The notes under the pieces are model-generated. The model searched no databases, had not been told where the DNA came from, and was given only the letters and a program-made list of their open reading frames with translations. The translations under genes and the position numbers were made by a program. 64,000 nucleotides of DNA. Origin: Callorhinchus milii. Lineage: Eukaryota. The stretch's first letter is position 1. Every line of letters starts with the position of its first letter. The stretch spans positions 122,390,001 through 122,454,000 of the forward strand of contig NW_024704742.1 of assembly GCF_018977255.1 (NCBI RefSeq), read 5' to 3'. Shown piece after piece: positions 12,811 to 26,299 of this stretch.

Positions 12811-14568
12811 GTGAGTGCACTGCTTAATGTTCAACTGTTACAGGCCAGTAGAGTGCACACAATCCCCAGGGCTTTAGTTTGGATGCTCGCGTGGTGTACT
12901 TGGTTTTCTTCTGTTAAAATGATTTCTGTGGTGGAATTGACATCCTGCCCCTAAATGTATATCTCAGCTGTAACATTGTACAATTGTACCACTGTAGGAG
13001 CAGAAGACATCTGCTGCCTCCGAGGGAGATATGACGAGGCTCTACCCCTCTGACTCCCGCTCTGTCTGTCTTTAAATCCTGCCTTAAGACCTACCTCTTT
13101 GACCGCGCCATTGGTTACGCCCCTTCCCCCTCCCTTGCCCGATTCTTTAATTGTTTAGCACTCTGAGATATCATCCTACATGAAGGACACTATATCAATG
13201 CAAGTTGTTTTGCTGCTATGCATCTCTGGTGGGCAATTTTTGAGACATTGTGAGAGGTATGGCAGCAGGTCATCATTTCTCTCTCAGGGAGCAAAATGCG
13301 TTGTTGGGTTCTGTGAGTAACGAGTTTGAGCTGTTTCAGTTCAAATCCTAGTGGTATTCTTCTGACAGCACAAAATGTTGTTAATTCAGCACTGCTGTTC
13401 AACTAGCAAACTCACAGATACCATGAGATAGCTGGTTTGGGAGGTGCAGATGTCACCTGAAGCTATTCTAAGATTAAGGCACATTATAACCATCTCTGCT
13501 GTTCCTAATCTGTAGACTTGTTGACAGTCTGTCCCTGACATAGAAAACCTTTGAGCAATACCGTCCCTCACTTTGTTGAGCATAGAATTCACACACAAAG
13601 GATAAAACCAAAATGATCTCTACTATCACCAATGGTTCCCCACGCAGTCTGCTTACCAATGTGATTTTAGCTTGACCACAATTTCACTTTCCAAACCCCA
13701 GCTTGAGTGCCCAGACAATAAACACTCATCAGACGTCCTCCCGACGTGAACGACGCTATGTAAATATCAATTTGTACTGTATTGTAGGTTGAAGGAGCAG
13801 CAGTTAAATGGATGGTTGAGTCACTGTAAATTTCAGACTGTAAAAATCTTAAAAATTAATTATTTTTGGGGGGGGTTTAAAAAAATTATTTAAAATCCTT
13901 TCGAGGTCTGGTGGATTCTGTAAACTTGTTCCTGTGAGACATTCATTGGGGACAGCTTGCGCAGTCCCATGGCTACATAGCTTGCTAGTGACTCATGCTA
14001 ACAAAAACAGCAGAGCAGACTGGTAATGCTGAAGACATCATGAGAATAACACGGACGCTGAAATGCTGAGGTGTTGGATGAGCAGATAACAAGCATTTAG
14101 CGATATTCACAGATCCCACAGCTGCTGACAGCTTTTCATTTGGAGGCAGCAATCTCATTACCACGTATAGAATCACAGCACTTCAAATTCAGATTTTAAA
14201 CCTGTCAATCTTTATTTCATACCACTAACACTGTGGCTGTCAGGCTCTTTGTGGCTTATTGGCAGGGCTGAACGGTGTGATTTGAAAGCAAATCGCACGA
14301 TATCCCTGCTGCTGAGAGCATCTTGAGGAGGTGGTTTCAGCAACACTTTAATTTGCAGCACTTCAGGATAGATAATACAAGAATCCACCCCCAACTACCA
14401 AAGCGTCTTCAAGGTCGCCTTTGGTACCGTCCCTCAAGTTTCAAGGTATCATCTATTAACATCATGAAAGGACTCTTCAATAACATTAGAAAATTAACCC
14501 CAAGTTGGACTTCTGCACATGAGTTTAATTTGATGAGAAGTTGGCTTTTTGTTAGCATGAGGAGTTGT

Positions 14569-14873
14569 AATAATAATAATAATAATCCTTGCATTTGATT
14601 TAGCGCTTTTCATGTCTTCTAGACGTCTCAAAGCGCTTCACAGAATATGCTGTAAAGTGAATTGACTGTATATTTGTGGGCAAAACACGGCAGCCAATTG
14701 CGCACAGCAGTGTCCCACAGACAGTCGTGGATTGAAAATGACCAATTTATTATTGTTTTGTTTTAGGCGTGTGAAGTAAGGAAACTTGCCCAAGCTTTTG
14801 TCCTGTCTGGAAATGAACCCAGGTGTCTCGCTTGCAAGGCGAGTGCTCTAACCACTGAGCTACAGGACTCCAC
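14569..14873 (-). mobile_element. tRNA/Deu/L2-tail SINE, short variant
   Basis: Same head (GGAGTCCTGTAGCTCAGTGGTTAGAGCAC), core and tail. Confidence 0.88.
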
Positions 14874-15247
14874 TATATGGCTGGCATATAGGAAGCTCTG
14901 CACGCAGTAAATGTGGAAATGGCTGGTTGGAATTTTATAGCCCCCAACTCCTGTCTCAGAACCAGGCATCACTGTAGTTCTCTTGGTAAATTGTGTATAA
15001 ATCCAAAGGGTGGACCTTTGATTTCTGTCTTGGAATGCTGCCAGTCTAATTTAACGAATCCTGATTATTCACAGAACTCCACTGGCAAAAGATACACATG
15101 ATTTTCCAAGAGCATGATATGTAGAATCTCTAAATAACCCAGATAGCGGTAAAAAAAATCAACCATTACTAATGCTCAATGCTTTGTCTTCTTTGTTTCT
15201 CTTTCTCTTCCTCCCTCCCTTCCCCCATCAATTCCTGCCTCTTCCAG

Positions 15248-15402
15248 ATTCAGAACTTGCCTTGATGTACAATGATTCATCAGTCCTAGAGAATCATCAT
15301 TTGGCCGTTGGCTTTAAGCTGCTACAGGAAGAGAACTGCGACATTTTCCAGAATTTGACCAAGAAACAGAGACAGTTGCTGAGGAAGATGGTCATTGACA
15401 TT
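15248..15402 (+). CDS. PDE4D: PDE4D exon ([34 protein letters not shown]...MVIDI)
   Basis: ttccag|AT acceptor and ATT|gtaagt donor; 155 bp; phase matches the preceding exon. Confidence 0.97.
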
Positions 15403-16245
15403 GTAAGTTAAAGGGCCTCTAAGGCATGCTACCCTGTTTGAGTCTAGGTTGCAATAGCCTGGTCCAATAATCTTCTCAATTTAGGTCAGTTTCATAAAAT
15501 GTGAACTCCAGTGACTATGCTTATGTACCAAGGCTGAGCTTGAATTTGTTTTCATTTGAAATGGAGGATTATTATTACTTTCACATATATTATGGTCGAA
15601 GAACAAGCAGGCAAGGGTTCCGGGTTGCAAGGCCAGTATCATGACAGAGACCAGGAAGTGGTTCTTTATAGAGAGAAATTAATGATAGGTATGGATTACC
15701 AGGAAGGGTTGTTGAGGCCAAAGCACTGCGTTCATTCGAGAAACAGTTTGATGCTACAATGGGAGGATGTGGGATAGGTAAACTGGAAAGATGAGATCAA
15801 ATTCTAAGGGTCTTCTTCATCCGAAACTCTCTAGTGCTCTTGTGATACTGAATCCTGCAGTCAACAACAACAACAACAAAATGACATTTGTAAAGCGCCT
15901 TTCATGTAGGGAGGACGTCCCAAGGCACTAGACAGAGAGTTACGGACCCGGGGTGGGAGAGGGAGGAGAACAGGGAGATTGAAAGCATGGTTGAAGAGGA
16001 GGGTCTTTAGGTGGGGCTTGAAGGAGGTAAGGGAGGGGATGAGGCAGAGGGACTGCGGGATGGAGTTCCAGAGGGTGAATGTATTCCATTTCTCAGTAGT
16101 GTCATCACTTATGATGTGCAGAAAACTCATTATAAAGAAATCCCCACAGATCTGCAGACATGAATACTATAAAATGATTTTACACAATTTGCCGCTGATG
16201 TATGATTTGAGGTATCTAACTGTCAGGCGGTGTGATATTTTATAA

Positions 16246-16536
<291 letters not shown>

Positions 16537-16997
16537 TAAGTTTAATTCCGAACTTTTTTTCTGTTCTCCCTTCCTCTCCTGAGGAGAAGGCTGACTCTTT
16601 GCTGTGCTCTTTCCTGGATTATCTTCTCCAATTTTTCGTGATTAGAAAACAAGTGTCAGCTGTGCGCAAATGTGCTGTGGTTTGCATATAAATATACAGT
16701 CATTACGCTTCACAGTAAATCCTGTGAAACACCTTGAGACCTGCTTTGAGACCATGAAAGGCACTGTACCAAATGCAAGGATTATTATTATTATTAGATT
16801 AATCAGATTCACTCTGGCTTGAGCTTTTTATGAACTGAGCCATTGGAACTCTCCATTAATTAATTATGAAGCTTTTAGGATTGCATATTCATTAAGAGTA
16901 ATTACTAATTTTAAATCACCCTGTAGAGGATTACACTCACTTGCAATCTCTATTAAAAATAAAGTAAGACGGAAAATATATTGTTTTGATCTTATAG

Positions 16998-17201
<204 letters not shown>

Positions 17202-18474
17202 TAATGTACACTGAGCCTAGACCTGCGTCAGACAGCAGTGTATTCACACACCCATTCACACAGTGCAATATAAATTTACATTTATGTAGTGCTCACATCG
17301 AGAGGATGTTCCAAAGCTCTTAATAGTCCTAGCTGGGCGAGCTGGGGGTGGTAGCTAGGGGAGGTGAGGAAGGGAAAGATGACCGAAAGTGTGGTTGAAG
17401 AGGTAGGTCTTGCAACAGGAATTTAACAAGGGGAGGGAGGGAGGGAGAAAACCTGAAAGGCTGCCCGTCCGCCTGCTGATAGTTAGATGGACAGAGCAGG
17501 TACATGAAACAGGCTGGTGTTCGCTGAGCAAAGGGAATGGCCGGGTCAGTTGGCTTTAAGGAGGTCGCAGGGTAGGGTGGGATGCCCTACACTTGTCACA
17601 CACTTGAACTATTCGGTTTTAAATCTAAGATAGCGAACATGTCATCATCCTTCCATAGGAAATTTCTAAAATCCTTTGTGAAATAATAAAAATGTCCACA
17701 ACTTCACCTGCTCTATTTTGAGAAATGTAACTTGATTCAAATTACTGTAGTAATTTACATGATTGTGTACTCATTATTGTATTTTTGGAAGAATCTGTAT
17801 CTGGCAACACCAGAGAGTTGGTTTTGAAAAGGAGCCATCTTAGCTTCCCCGACATTTTGTTAAACTATGAGCAAAAGCTATTTATAAATATAACTATTAT
17901 TGTATAAGCATACAATAATGATGGAATTTATCATGCACTGATGGCTGAAAGTAACATCTTTTTACAAAGATGCAATGAAAGCATTGCTATTTTAAGGAAT
18001 TAATGTACAGGATGTCTCTGTACGCTATACTCGTCTACTTCAAGTTAGTCAGGGAGAGCATGAAGTATCACACACTCACTTTCTCTTCCTCGTTTCTCAC
18101 TACTTTTCTCTCTGTTTATGTGTTCTAGGTTTTTAATCCATTCTCTATCTCTGCTCTCAGTGTCTGTCGTCCCTTCTTCCCCTCTCAGTTCCTCTCTTCT
18201 CATGCCCTGTAACGCTCTCTCTCTCTCTCTCTTTCGAAGTTGTTTTGATCACTAAACCACAGCAACGCCTGACCTCTTGACACTCAGCGTAGAAGGGGTC
18301 CTTTGTTCCCAAGCACGATTCTGGTGTCATAGATCATTGCTGAATCAGTAGACCATTCCATAACTAAAGTTTTTTTAGAAAATAATTGCAACATGTTGAC
18401 TTCATTGAGAAACTTGGTGTGTTGCCATGTGAACCTTGGAAGTAACAATGTCATTTGAATTTACTTCACAACAG

Positions 18475-18894
18475 GTGGGTTTCATAGACTACATTGTCCA
18501 TCCACTTTGGGAGACATGGGCTGACCTGGTCCATCCTGATGCACAGGACATGTTAGATACACTGGAGGATAACAGGGAGTGGTATCAGAGCACAATCCCA
18601 CAGAGCCCTTCACCTGCACCTGATGAGGATGAGGAGGGACGGCCAGGACAGGTCGACAAGTTTCAGTTTGAATTAACACTAGAGGAAGATTGTGAATCAG
18701 ACACTGAAAAGGACAGTGGTGCCAGTCAGGGAGAAGATGACAACAGTTGCAGTGACTCAAAGACACTTTGCACCCAGAACTCTGAATCCACAGAAATTCA
18801 ACTTGATGACCAGGGAGATGAAGAAGAAGATGATGATGATGCTCCGATAGAAATTTGTGCAGTGGAGGAAGAGGAAGAGGCTGCAGACACATAA
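18475..18894 (+). CDS. PDE4D: PDE4D last coding exon ([15 protein letters not shown]...PQSP...FQF...acidic tail, TAA)
   Basis: caacag|GTG acceptor. The C-terminus ([50 protein letters not shown]) is diagnostic for PDE4D rather than 4A/B/C. ERK site PQSP and FQF docking motif are present. Confidence 0.96.
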   Translation: MGFIDYIVHPLWETWADLVHPDAQDMLDTLEDNREWYQSTIPQSPSPAPDEDEEGRPGQVDKFQFELTLEEDCESDTEKDSGASQGEDDNSCSDSKTLCTQNSESTEIQLDDQGDEEEDDDDAPIEICAVEEEEEAADT

Positions 18895-21000
18895 CAATGT
18901 TGACGGGAAAAATATCTTGGAAACGGCTTCCAAGCACACATGTAGCCACAGCCAAGTCTCACCCTCATCTACCAGGACTTTGTACGTCACAAAGTCTGGA
19001 ATCATCTAGATGACTTTGCACTCAGGAAATACCGTCAGAATTTCAGCTCCACGTCAACATTAAAGCATGGGGGAATCCATTTCAAAACTAGTTGACCACT
19101 GCTACTATCAGATTCGCAAATCTGACATAGGAATGGATTGTTTTTTTTGGTGAGGACAAAAATATTAAAAACCAAATGTGGGTTATGTTTTCACAAGGCT
19201 GTTAGAGGTTTGAGCTTTTTCTTTTACCGATGAGAAGAAAGTTACAATATCAATTTATGTTGATATGATTATGCTGCGGACTCTGGTTTCAGCAAACCTT
19301 TCGATAATGACGCATGAAGCGCACAGTATTGTGTGAGATTGAGCTCAGTGAGGATCTGTCACCAGTGGGAAGATCACCTCTGGAAATCATGAGACGTTTT
19401 ATAAGTTCAAGTCTTCCTTGAAACCTGACTGTAAAAAACTGTACAACTTATAAGTTGTACTGACCTCTTTTTGTATCATATGTAATACAGAGAACTTTTT
19501 TAGATTTTACTTTTATTAATACAGATTTATGGAGGTATTATATTTAAAAAATACTTTGAACTTTCATCTGTAATCGCTAGATATTACAAGTAACTTGCAA
19601 GTTCTCTGTACAAATCTTAAATACTGAGTACTAGTAGTTCTTGGTCATGTTGCACCTTGTGATTTTATCACTTAAGATAGCTTCAGGCAATTATTCTTTG
19701 TAGGTTTGTAACACAAATGCCATACACCTGGACTCCACACCTTTCTTCATCGCATCTATTAGCGGCATCGAAAAGGCATTGGATTTATAAGAAGCACTGT
19801 TCCTTTAAATGCTGCTCAGACAGGTAATGGAAACATCTCAAAAGCAGAATAATCGATCTAGAGGAATGGTAGGCCGTCTCAGGAGTTGGGGATAAAATGC
19901 ACTGAATTTCACAACACGCTTTTTCTTGTCAAAGTGCGGTCGTGAGTGACGCACTGCTTGTGTGTTTTTTAAAAAAACAACGTTTTTTTTGAAAAAGCAA
20001 AACTGCATTAAGTGGCTTTAAGATTCTGATGAAATCTTTCCATATAAAATTGTGAGGAGTTTAATAGACTACTGTATAACAGTGCTTATAGCTTCCAAAT
20101 CAGTACACTCTAGCTTGCAAGTTACTGTACCAATAGAATGCTTTCTCCACCTCCTTCCCCATGGATATTATGATGAAAGTATGTAGGTAGAATAAACTGT
20201 AAAACTTGAATAGATCTGGCTGTTAAGGAGCACCTGTTGAATGAGCTCGTTTTACTGCATTATTTAATTTTTGGTGCCATACCTATTTTTTTCCTCACCA
20301 GATGACCTTACCTGTAATCCAGTCTTGTTTCTCTCTGTTTACAACCATGTATTTATTGAACTGTACATACTGTAATGTTTATTGTAAATTATTGATTCTT
20401 ATTATAACATAATTCCTAACAGGGTGGTGTTGCTGTATTGGAAACTCTTGGTCAGAGAATGGATATACTTATTCCTGTAAATTTATCTGTAATATTATCA
20501 CCTACAGCTTGGCTAAGGAGAACTTTGAGGAAATCAAAACCTGACGTAGAACAGTTGCAGGTCTTTGGCCCCAGGGCTGTGCCTTAACTTTCTCCAATGT
20601 ATTGTTACTATCTGCTGCATTTCAAAGCGTAATAGCTGAGTGACAGTTCGATGAAAGGGGAGATTCTTTTTCCAAAAAAACAAGAGCCTCCTTTTTTGAC
20701 ACGCAAACTGTAGATTTCAGCAGCCCTGGCCCAAAGGAATTGGATAATTTTTTGTTTATTGAGTTCGATAGTAATAAAAGGGATACACAAACAAAATGCT
20801 AATTACAGAGACTCCTGAACAATTCATTTTGCTTTGAATATGTCTTTGGAACGCCAACTTGTTTGGAGGTTGCTGAAGAAAACTCTTTCAGTGTTTTCCT
20901 AGTCTCTTACAGTCTACAGTTTAGTACTGTATATCATGCTCACAACCTTCATAAAATGTTTTTATATGCAATGAAAAATAAAAGCATGAGTTGATTCTAC
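18895..21000 (+). other. PDE4D: PDE4D 3'UTR (~2.1 kb)
   Basis: Follows the stop codon, AT-rich, free of recognisable TEs, and ends at AATAAA 20977-20982. Confidence 0.7.
20977..20982 (+). terminator. Probable distal polyadenylation signal of PDE4D
   Basis: AATAAA in TATATGCAATGAAAAATAAAAGCATG at the end of the TE-free UTR block; tandem-repeat and TE sequence begins just after. Confidence 0.7.
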
Positions 21001-21610
21001 TTGAACACCACCAGTTTACTTATCCGTGCGTTTATATTAGGACGTAATGACCTGCAGGTGACTGTAAAACAGAGACCTGAATACCAGTAGTTTAGTTATA
21101 AACAGAAACAGGACTTTATGATCAAATCACCATATTAGACAGAGATGTGAACCCCATCAGTTTACTTACCCAGGCATTATATTACATTATATTAGGACTT
21201 CATTATTTGTTTAGACTACAGCGGTACCTGAATGATGTCCCGAACCCTTTCTCTTGCCAAGTGCGCCTAATGTGGAATTTATGGAATTGAGCAGCATACA
21301 TCCTTCCAGGCGGAGAGTGCACATTCCATTCCAACAATCCATCTCTAGGATTTCCATGCGTACGTGGGAATTCATGGCATTCTCAGTTTGGTTTGGATAC
21401 TCTTAAGTTTCTGCATGTGTCAGACACCTGGCTGGCCAACAGATCACCATATAACAGAGACTTGAACAACACCAGTTTACTTATCAATGCATTAGGATTT
21501 TATAATCAGATCACCATATAACACAAACTTAACCACCATTGTTTAAATATCTATTTTGTTATGAAACAAAAGCAGGGCTTTATGACCAGGTAAACAGAGG
21601 ATGTAACACA
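21000..21610. repeat. Degenerate ~65-75-bp tandem repeat, interrupted by the retroposon copy at 21240-21439
   Basis: Recurrent ATCACCATATAACAGAGACTTGAACA.CACCAGTTTACTTATC...AGGACTTTATGA. Confidence 0.65.
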
Positions 21611-22264
21611 GAGGGTGTTTATCCAGACATCAGTTTTATTATCTTTATACTCAGCTTATTTTGAACAGCTGTAGTCTCAAGATGATTTTGAAAAGAAAGG
21701 GCTTCCTCTCACCTCGATTTTGTAACCGACTTTAGATTTTCTCTGATATCACTCACCATTCCTGACCAGAAAGGTGGCTGATAGCCCCTTTGTATGTGAA
21801 GTCATACATGTTATTGAGATCCTCGTCCTCACTTTCAGATCCCTTCACAGTCTTGTCCCCACCCTACTTCTTTGAACTCCAAAAACTCTGCTTGGCAGTT
21901 AATGGTGTGCTTCACATCCCGCACCCTCCCCATCCTACGGTCAAGCTTTCAGGCTTTCTGCCCCCCAATCCTTGGCGTCTCTTCGCCTGGCCCTTACCTT
22001 GCCTCTTTCAAGGTCGGTCTCAAAATCTTTGTATCTAGCCGCGCCTTCACTCATCTTCCCATCCCCTTTGCCTCATCATTCTTGAAGCAACTCGGGTGCT
22101 GGTCCAGAGAAATTCAGCTTTACAGTGGAGTTATGAATCTCACAGCAACATGCATTCATTTAAGGAATCTAAGGAACTTTGAGAGAGTTTTTCCTTGTGC
22201 TAGTAAAATTAATGCTTCAATAGTAATAGGAGAAACAGGTTTCTCTATTTTACATTAAGGGATA

Positions 22265-22660
22265 CATAGACAGTATAACATGCACACATTCAGCCAAACT
22301 GTATATGTGCCAGTGTTTATGCTCCATATGAGTGTGAGTCTGCACTCCTCCTAATCCCTTTGCCCACATCCCTCAATTCCCTTCTCAAGTTCCTCTTAAA
22401 TGCACTGATGTTTTTCGCTTGCACCACAGCTTCCAACAGCGAGTTCCACATTCTCACCACCCTCTGCGCTTCCTCCTAAACTCCTTTTTAGTTCTGCTAC
22501 TGGGTATCTTATATTTACACCTTAGTTTTGAACTCACTAACGAGTGGAAGCCGCCTTTATTAATCCTTTCACAATTTTAAGCAGCTCAATCAGGTCCCCT
22601 CTGAATCATCGTGTTTCCAGACAAAAAAAGCTCCAACTTATCCAATCTTTCTTGATATCT
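22265..22660 (-). mobile_element. CR1 3' fragment (others at ~4790-4915, 7050-7260, 15690-15845, 49660-50090, 51450-51665, 58270-58520)
   Basis: Minus-strand LRGDLIE.LKIVKG and AGAGGGTGGTGAGAATGTGGAACTC CR1 3' motifs. Confidence 0.7.
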
Positions 22661-22793
22661 GTCGAAGAGAGAAATTGCCAATTTTCTCCCAACTACAAAT
22701 GGTCAGCGAGAAGCAGTGTTGCTGACAACAGCATTCAGAGCATTTAATTGTTGCCTTCGGCTGGTTCTGCTGTGAAACTACACTTTTCCACTC

Positions 22794-23106
22794 TTAATAA
22801 TAATCCTTGCATTTGATATAGTGCTTTTCACGTCGGGAGGATGTCCCAAAGCGCTTCACAGAACACATTGTAAAGTGAATTGACTGTATATTTGTGGGCG
22901 AACGCGGCAGCCACTTGCGCACAGCAGTGTCCCACAAACAGTCGTAGATTGAAAATGACCAATTTATTATTGTTTTGTTTTTTGGAGGGATTATTATTAG
23001 GCGTGTGGAGTGAGGAAACTTGCCCAAGGTTTCGCCCTGCCTGGAATTGAACTCAGGTCTCTCGCTTGCAAAGCGAGTGCTCTAACCACTGAGCTACAGG
23101 TCTCCA
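22794..23106 (-). mobile_element. Same tRNA/Deu/L2-tail SINE, short variant
   Basis: Reverse complement aligns by eye along the whole 63215-63540 copy. Confidence 0.9.
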
Positions 23107-23549
23107 GGTCTCTTCTGAGACTCTCTGAATTTTGGAGCATGTCAGTGTGGTCCCAGTGGGCAGCAAGTTAGACATCTGTTCGCAGAATGCTGCAACTTCA
23201 GCAGCAGGTGTTGAGTCGACACTAAGTCATGCCAAATGCTGAAACTGTAGTCGCTATGGTATTGTAATACAATATAATTTGCATTCAATATAGCGCCTTT
23301 CATGTTGGGAGGATATCTCAAATCCTCGACAGTCCTAAATGCTTTGACATTGTCTTCGAAGCATGGGATAGTGGTATTATCCAAAGAGGAGAGGTTGAAA
23401 GACAAGTTGGAGGCTGTTAGTGAGGCAAACTCTCCACATGTATCTGCAGGAGAGTGTCCTCAGGCCCAGACTCCTTGGTCACCTCACCAATCCCAGCACT
23501 CTTTGGAATTATTGATGGATAGATAATGCAATATTCTAAAGTCGTCATG

Positions 23550-24030
23550 GCAGTTTGAAGTTAATAACAAGCAAGTGGGGAAGGCAGAGGTGACTATAGT
23601 GGGGAGGTTGAAGAGGGTAGGTCATAAGGTGGAATTTAAAGATGGATAAACAGAGCGCAAGATGGAGGCATTGAGTTTCAGAAGTTAGGGGCATCGTGGC
23701 TGAAGGCGTGACCACTGATCGTGGCGTGGAAGGCTAAGGGAATGTGCAGCTGTGCCTAGGGACAGGCTGAGGAGTAGGGTATGAGCAGGTCTGAGAGTTT
23801 GGGAGGTACCAGGGTATGCAGAGATTTATATGCAAGGGTGAGGATTTTGAAATCGAAACCTTTGGAGACATGGAGCCAGTGAAGCTTGGTGAGGATTGCG
23901 GTGATGGGAGGCGGAGGTTGGTGCAAGTGAGGATGTGGGTGGCGGAGCTTTGGATGAGCTGGACCTTGTGGATTGTAGAACTGGGGAGACCAGCAAGGAG
24001 TGCATCTGCGGAGTCAACACCACAGCTAAA
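23550..24030 (-). mobile_element. Old L2 fragment
   Basis: Minus-strand DALLAGLPSSTIHKVQLIQSSA resembles L2 ORF2 C-terminus. Confidence 0.75.
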
Positions 24031-25414
24031 CATACAGTCACATTCAAATAGTACAAATAACCCCTCAAGACTGAAGCGAACACTTAGAGGAAACTTTTGA
24101 AAATTTCTTAGATTTGGTATAGGAGGATGTGCCAAAGCACTTCACAGGATATAGTGTAGTGACTATGTGTTTATGGGAAATCGTGGCAACCAACCCATGC
24201 ACAGTAGTATCCCACAAACAGCGATGAAGAGAAGGACCAACTTTATTTTGGGGGATTGCTGTGCTGAGCTGGAAACAAACTTCTGTCTCTTTTTGTATAA
24301 TGCCATGGGATCTTTCACATTCACCTGAACAGGCAGACGTCTAAAGTTTAACATCTCATCCAAATGATGGCACCTCCCAATACAGCACACCCCCAACATT
24401 AAACTGGCTTTAAACTATAAGCACTCCAAGTGACAACATGGGGCCGGAACCCACAATCTTTTTGACTCAGAGGCGAGAATGCTACCATCTGAGCCAGGCT
24501 AATACTGGAGATCTCAGGAATTTACATGGCTATCTCAGGAATTTTTTAAATATTTTTTCAATAAGTAAAGCAACACATGTGTTCTGCTCAGCCGGGTGCC
24601 CTACCGTACGCAGAAACCCATCACCGTGTTTAAGAGTATCCAAACCAGCTGTGGAAAAAAAGTTGAATTTCTTCACCCCATAGGTGAGTGCTCTGTTGTT
24701 GCATCCAAGGAAAAAAGTATCAAATTTATCAAACTCTATGTTCAAACATAACATCAAATGACTCTTGTGAAAATAGATTTTGAGCTGTTGCCACCCTTTA
24801 AACCATACCTCATGTTATTGACGTGTTCCTTGACTCTGTATTTACGTCAAGGAAAGAAATGTACAGCAATAACAGGATGTGTGTGATACATAACTTTGCA
24901 ATCTCTTGACGTAACAAAGAGTAAATTCATTACAGTTTCCTGCTGACATGACTATTACCTCAGAAACTGGCTTGTTCACATTAACCAACCCTGGGCATCG
25001 TCAGTCTTTTCCTGGTATCTATTCTCCCCCCAAAAACACCCCGTTCAGTTAGTGAAGAAGAAATTTTTCTTTTAAAAAGGAAATAGGCAGATTAACTTTA
25101 CAGAAAATTAAATACAATACAAAATTACATTTATATATCATCTTTCAACAACAACAACAACTTGCACCCCTCACGCAGGGTGACGTCCCAGAGCGCTTGA
25201 CAGTGGCGGAGCACGACTCAGAGCCGGGGGAAAGGGGGAGGTGATCGTAGGCACGGTCGAATAGGAAGGTCTTCAGGCGCGACCTGAAAATGGGGAAGGA
25301 AGGGACATTCACATCAGGAGGACGTCCCAAAATGCTTGACAATTCTGACTGGGCATCAGCGCTGTGGGTGAGAGCTGGCGGGGGTTGGGTGAGCGAGGAG
25401 GGGAAAGATGACCA

Positions 25415-25587
25415 AAACAACAACAACAACCAGATTTCATTTATAGAGCGCCTTTCACATCGGAAGGACGTCCCAAGGCGCTGGACAGTGGGTCAGGACC
25501 CGAGCAGGGGGAAATGGTCAGGGTGAGGGGAGGGAAGGGAGGGAGCGAGGAGGGGGTAGAGAGTCGAGAGGGGAGCTGAAGGCACAG
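25415..25587 (-). mobile_element. L2 3' tail, same subfamily as the 26754 and 28849 copies
   Basis: Shares the diagnostic GGGAGCGAGGAGGGGGTAGAGAGTCGAGAGGGGAGCTGAAGGCAC segment. Confidence 0.85.
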
Positions 25588-26040
25588 TCAAAATTGGATT
25601 AAGTCAGAGCGACCTGGGAATGTAGTTCCAGAGAGTAGGCACAAGTGGCTGAAAGCCTGGCCACCAACTGTGGGGCAGACAGAGTGCAATGTGGAATTGG
25701 AGCGTTGGCAGACTAAAATGACTGGGTTGGTAAGGGTGAGGGAGATTGCTTTGGCAGGGGAGGAGGGGTGGGGAAGGAGAAGAGGGGCAGCAAGACCATA
25801 GAAGGATTTAAATGTGAGAACAAGGATCTTGAATTTGATCTGCTGGGGGATAGGGAGCCAGTGGAGATGAACGAGCAAGGATTAGGGTGATGGGTTTGCA
25901 GAGCCTGGTATGGGTAGAAGTACAATAAAAGTAAAGCTAAAGTTCAACTTAAAATAGAACATTTTATTTTTTAAAAAAAGAAAACAACAGAGTCAATAGG
26001 AAACAGGAATGAGAAAGCAAGGACAACAAACATTTTTAAA

Positions 26041-26245
26041 ATAAAAGGCAGAGTACTGTGGATGCTGGAAATCTGAAATAAAAACAGAAATCACTGGGAA
26101 CACTCTGCAGGTCAGGCAGCATCTATGGAGAGAGAGGAAAGTGAGGTGAGTTAACGTTTCAGGTCAATGACCCTTCATCAGTTCTCTCCGCAGATGCTAC
26201 CTGACCTGCTGGGTGTTTCCAACATTTTTTAAATGTTTGCTTTAA
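26041..26245. mobile_element. Penelope-like terminal repeat in inverted (hairpin) arrangement with hammerhead core
   Basis: Same sequence as 9602-9703, plus inverted arm CAGATGCTACCTGACCTGCTG; minus strand has CTGATGA-AGGGT-CATTG-ACCT-GAAACGTT. Confidence 0.7.
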
Positions 26246-26299
26246 TTTGAAATTGCTACGTTGGTACGTTTTGTGGTTAGGGTTCGTGTTACAGTATTT

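Noticed and set aside
18482..18955. 157-aa antisense ORF over the last PDE4D exon
   Set aside because: Shadow frame of an acidic, purine-rich coding exon with no recognisable domain.
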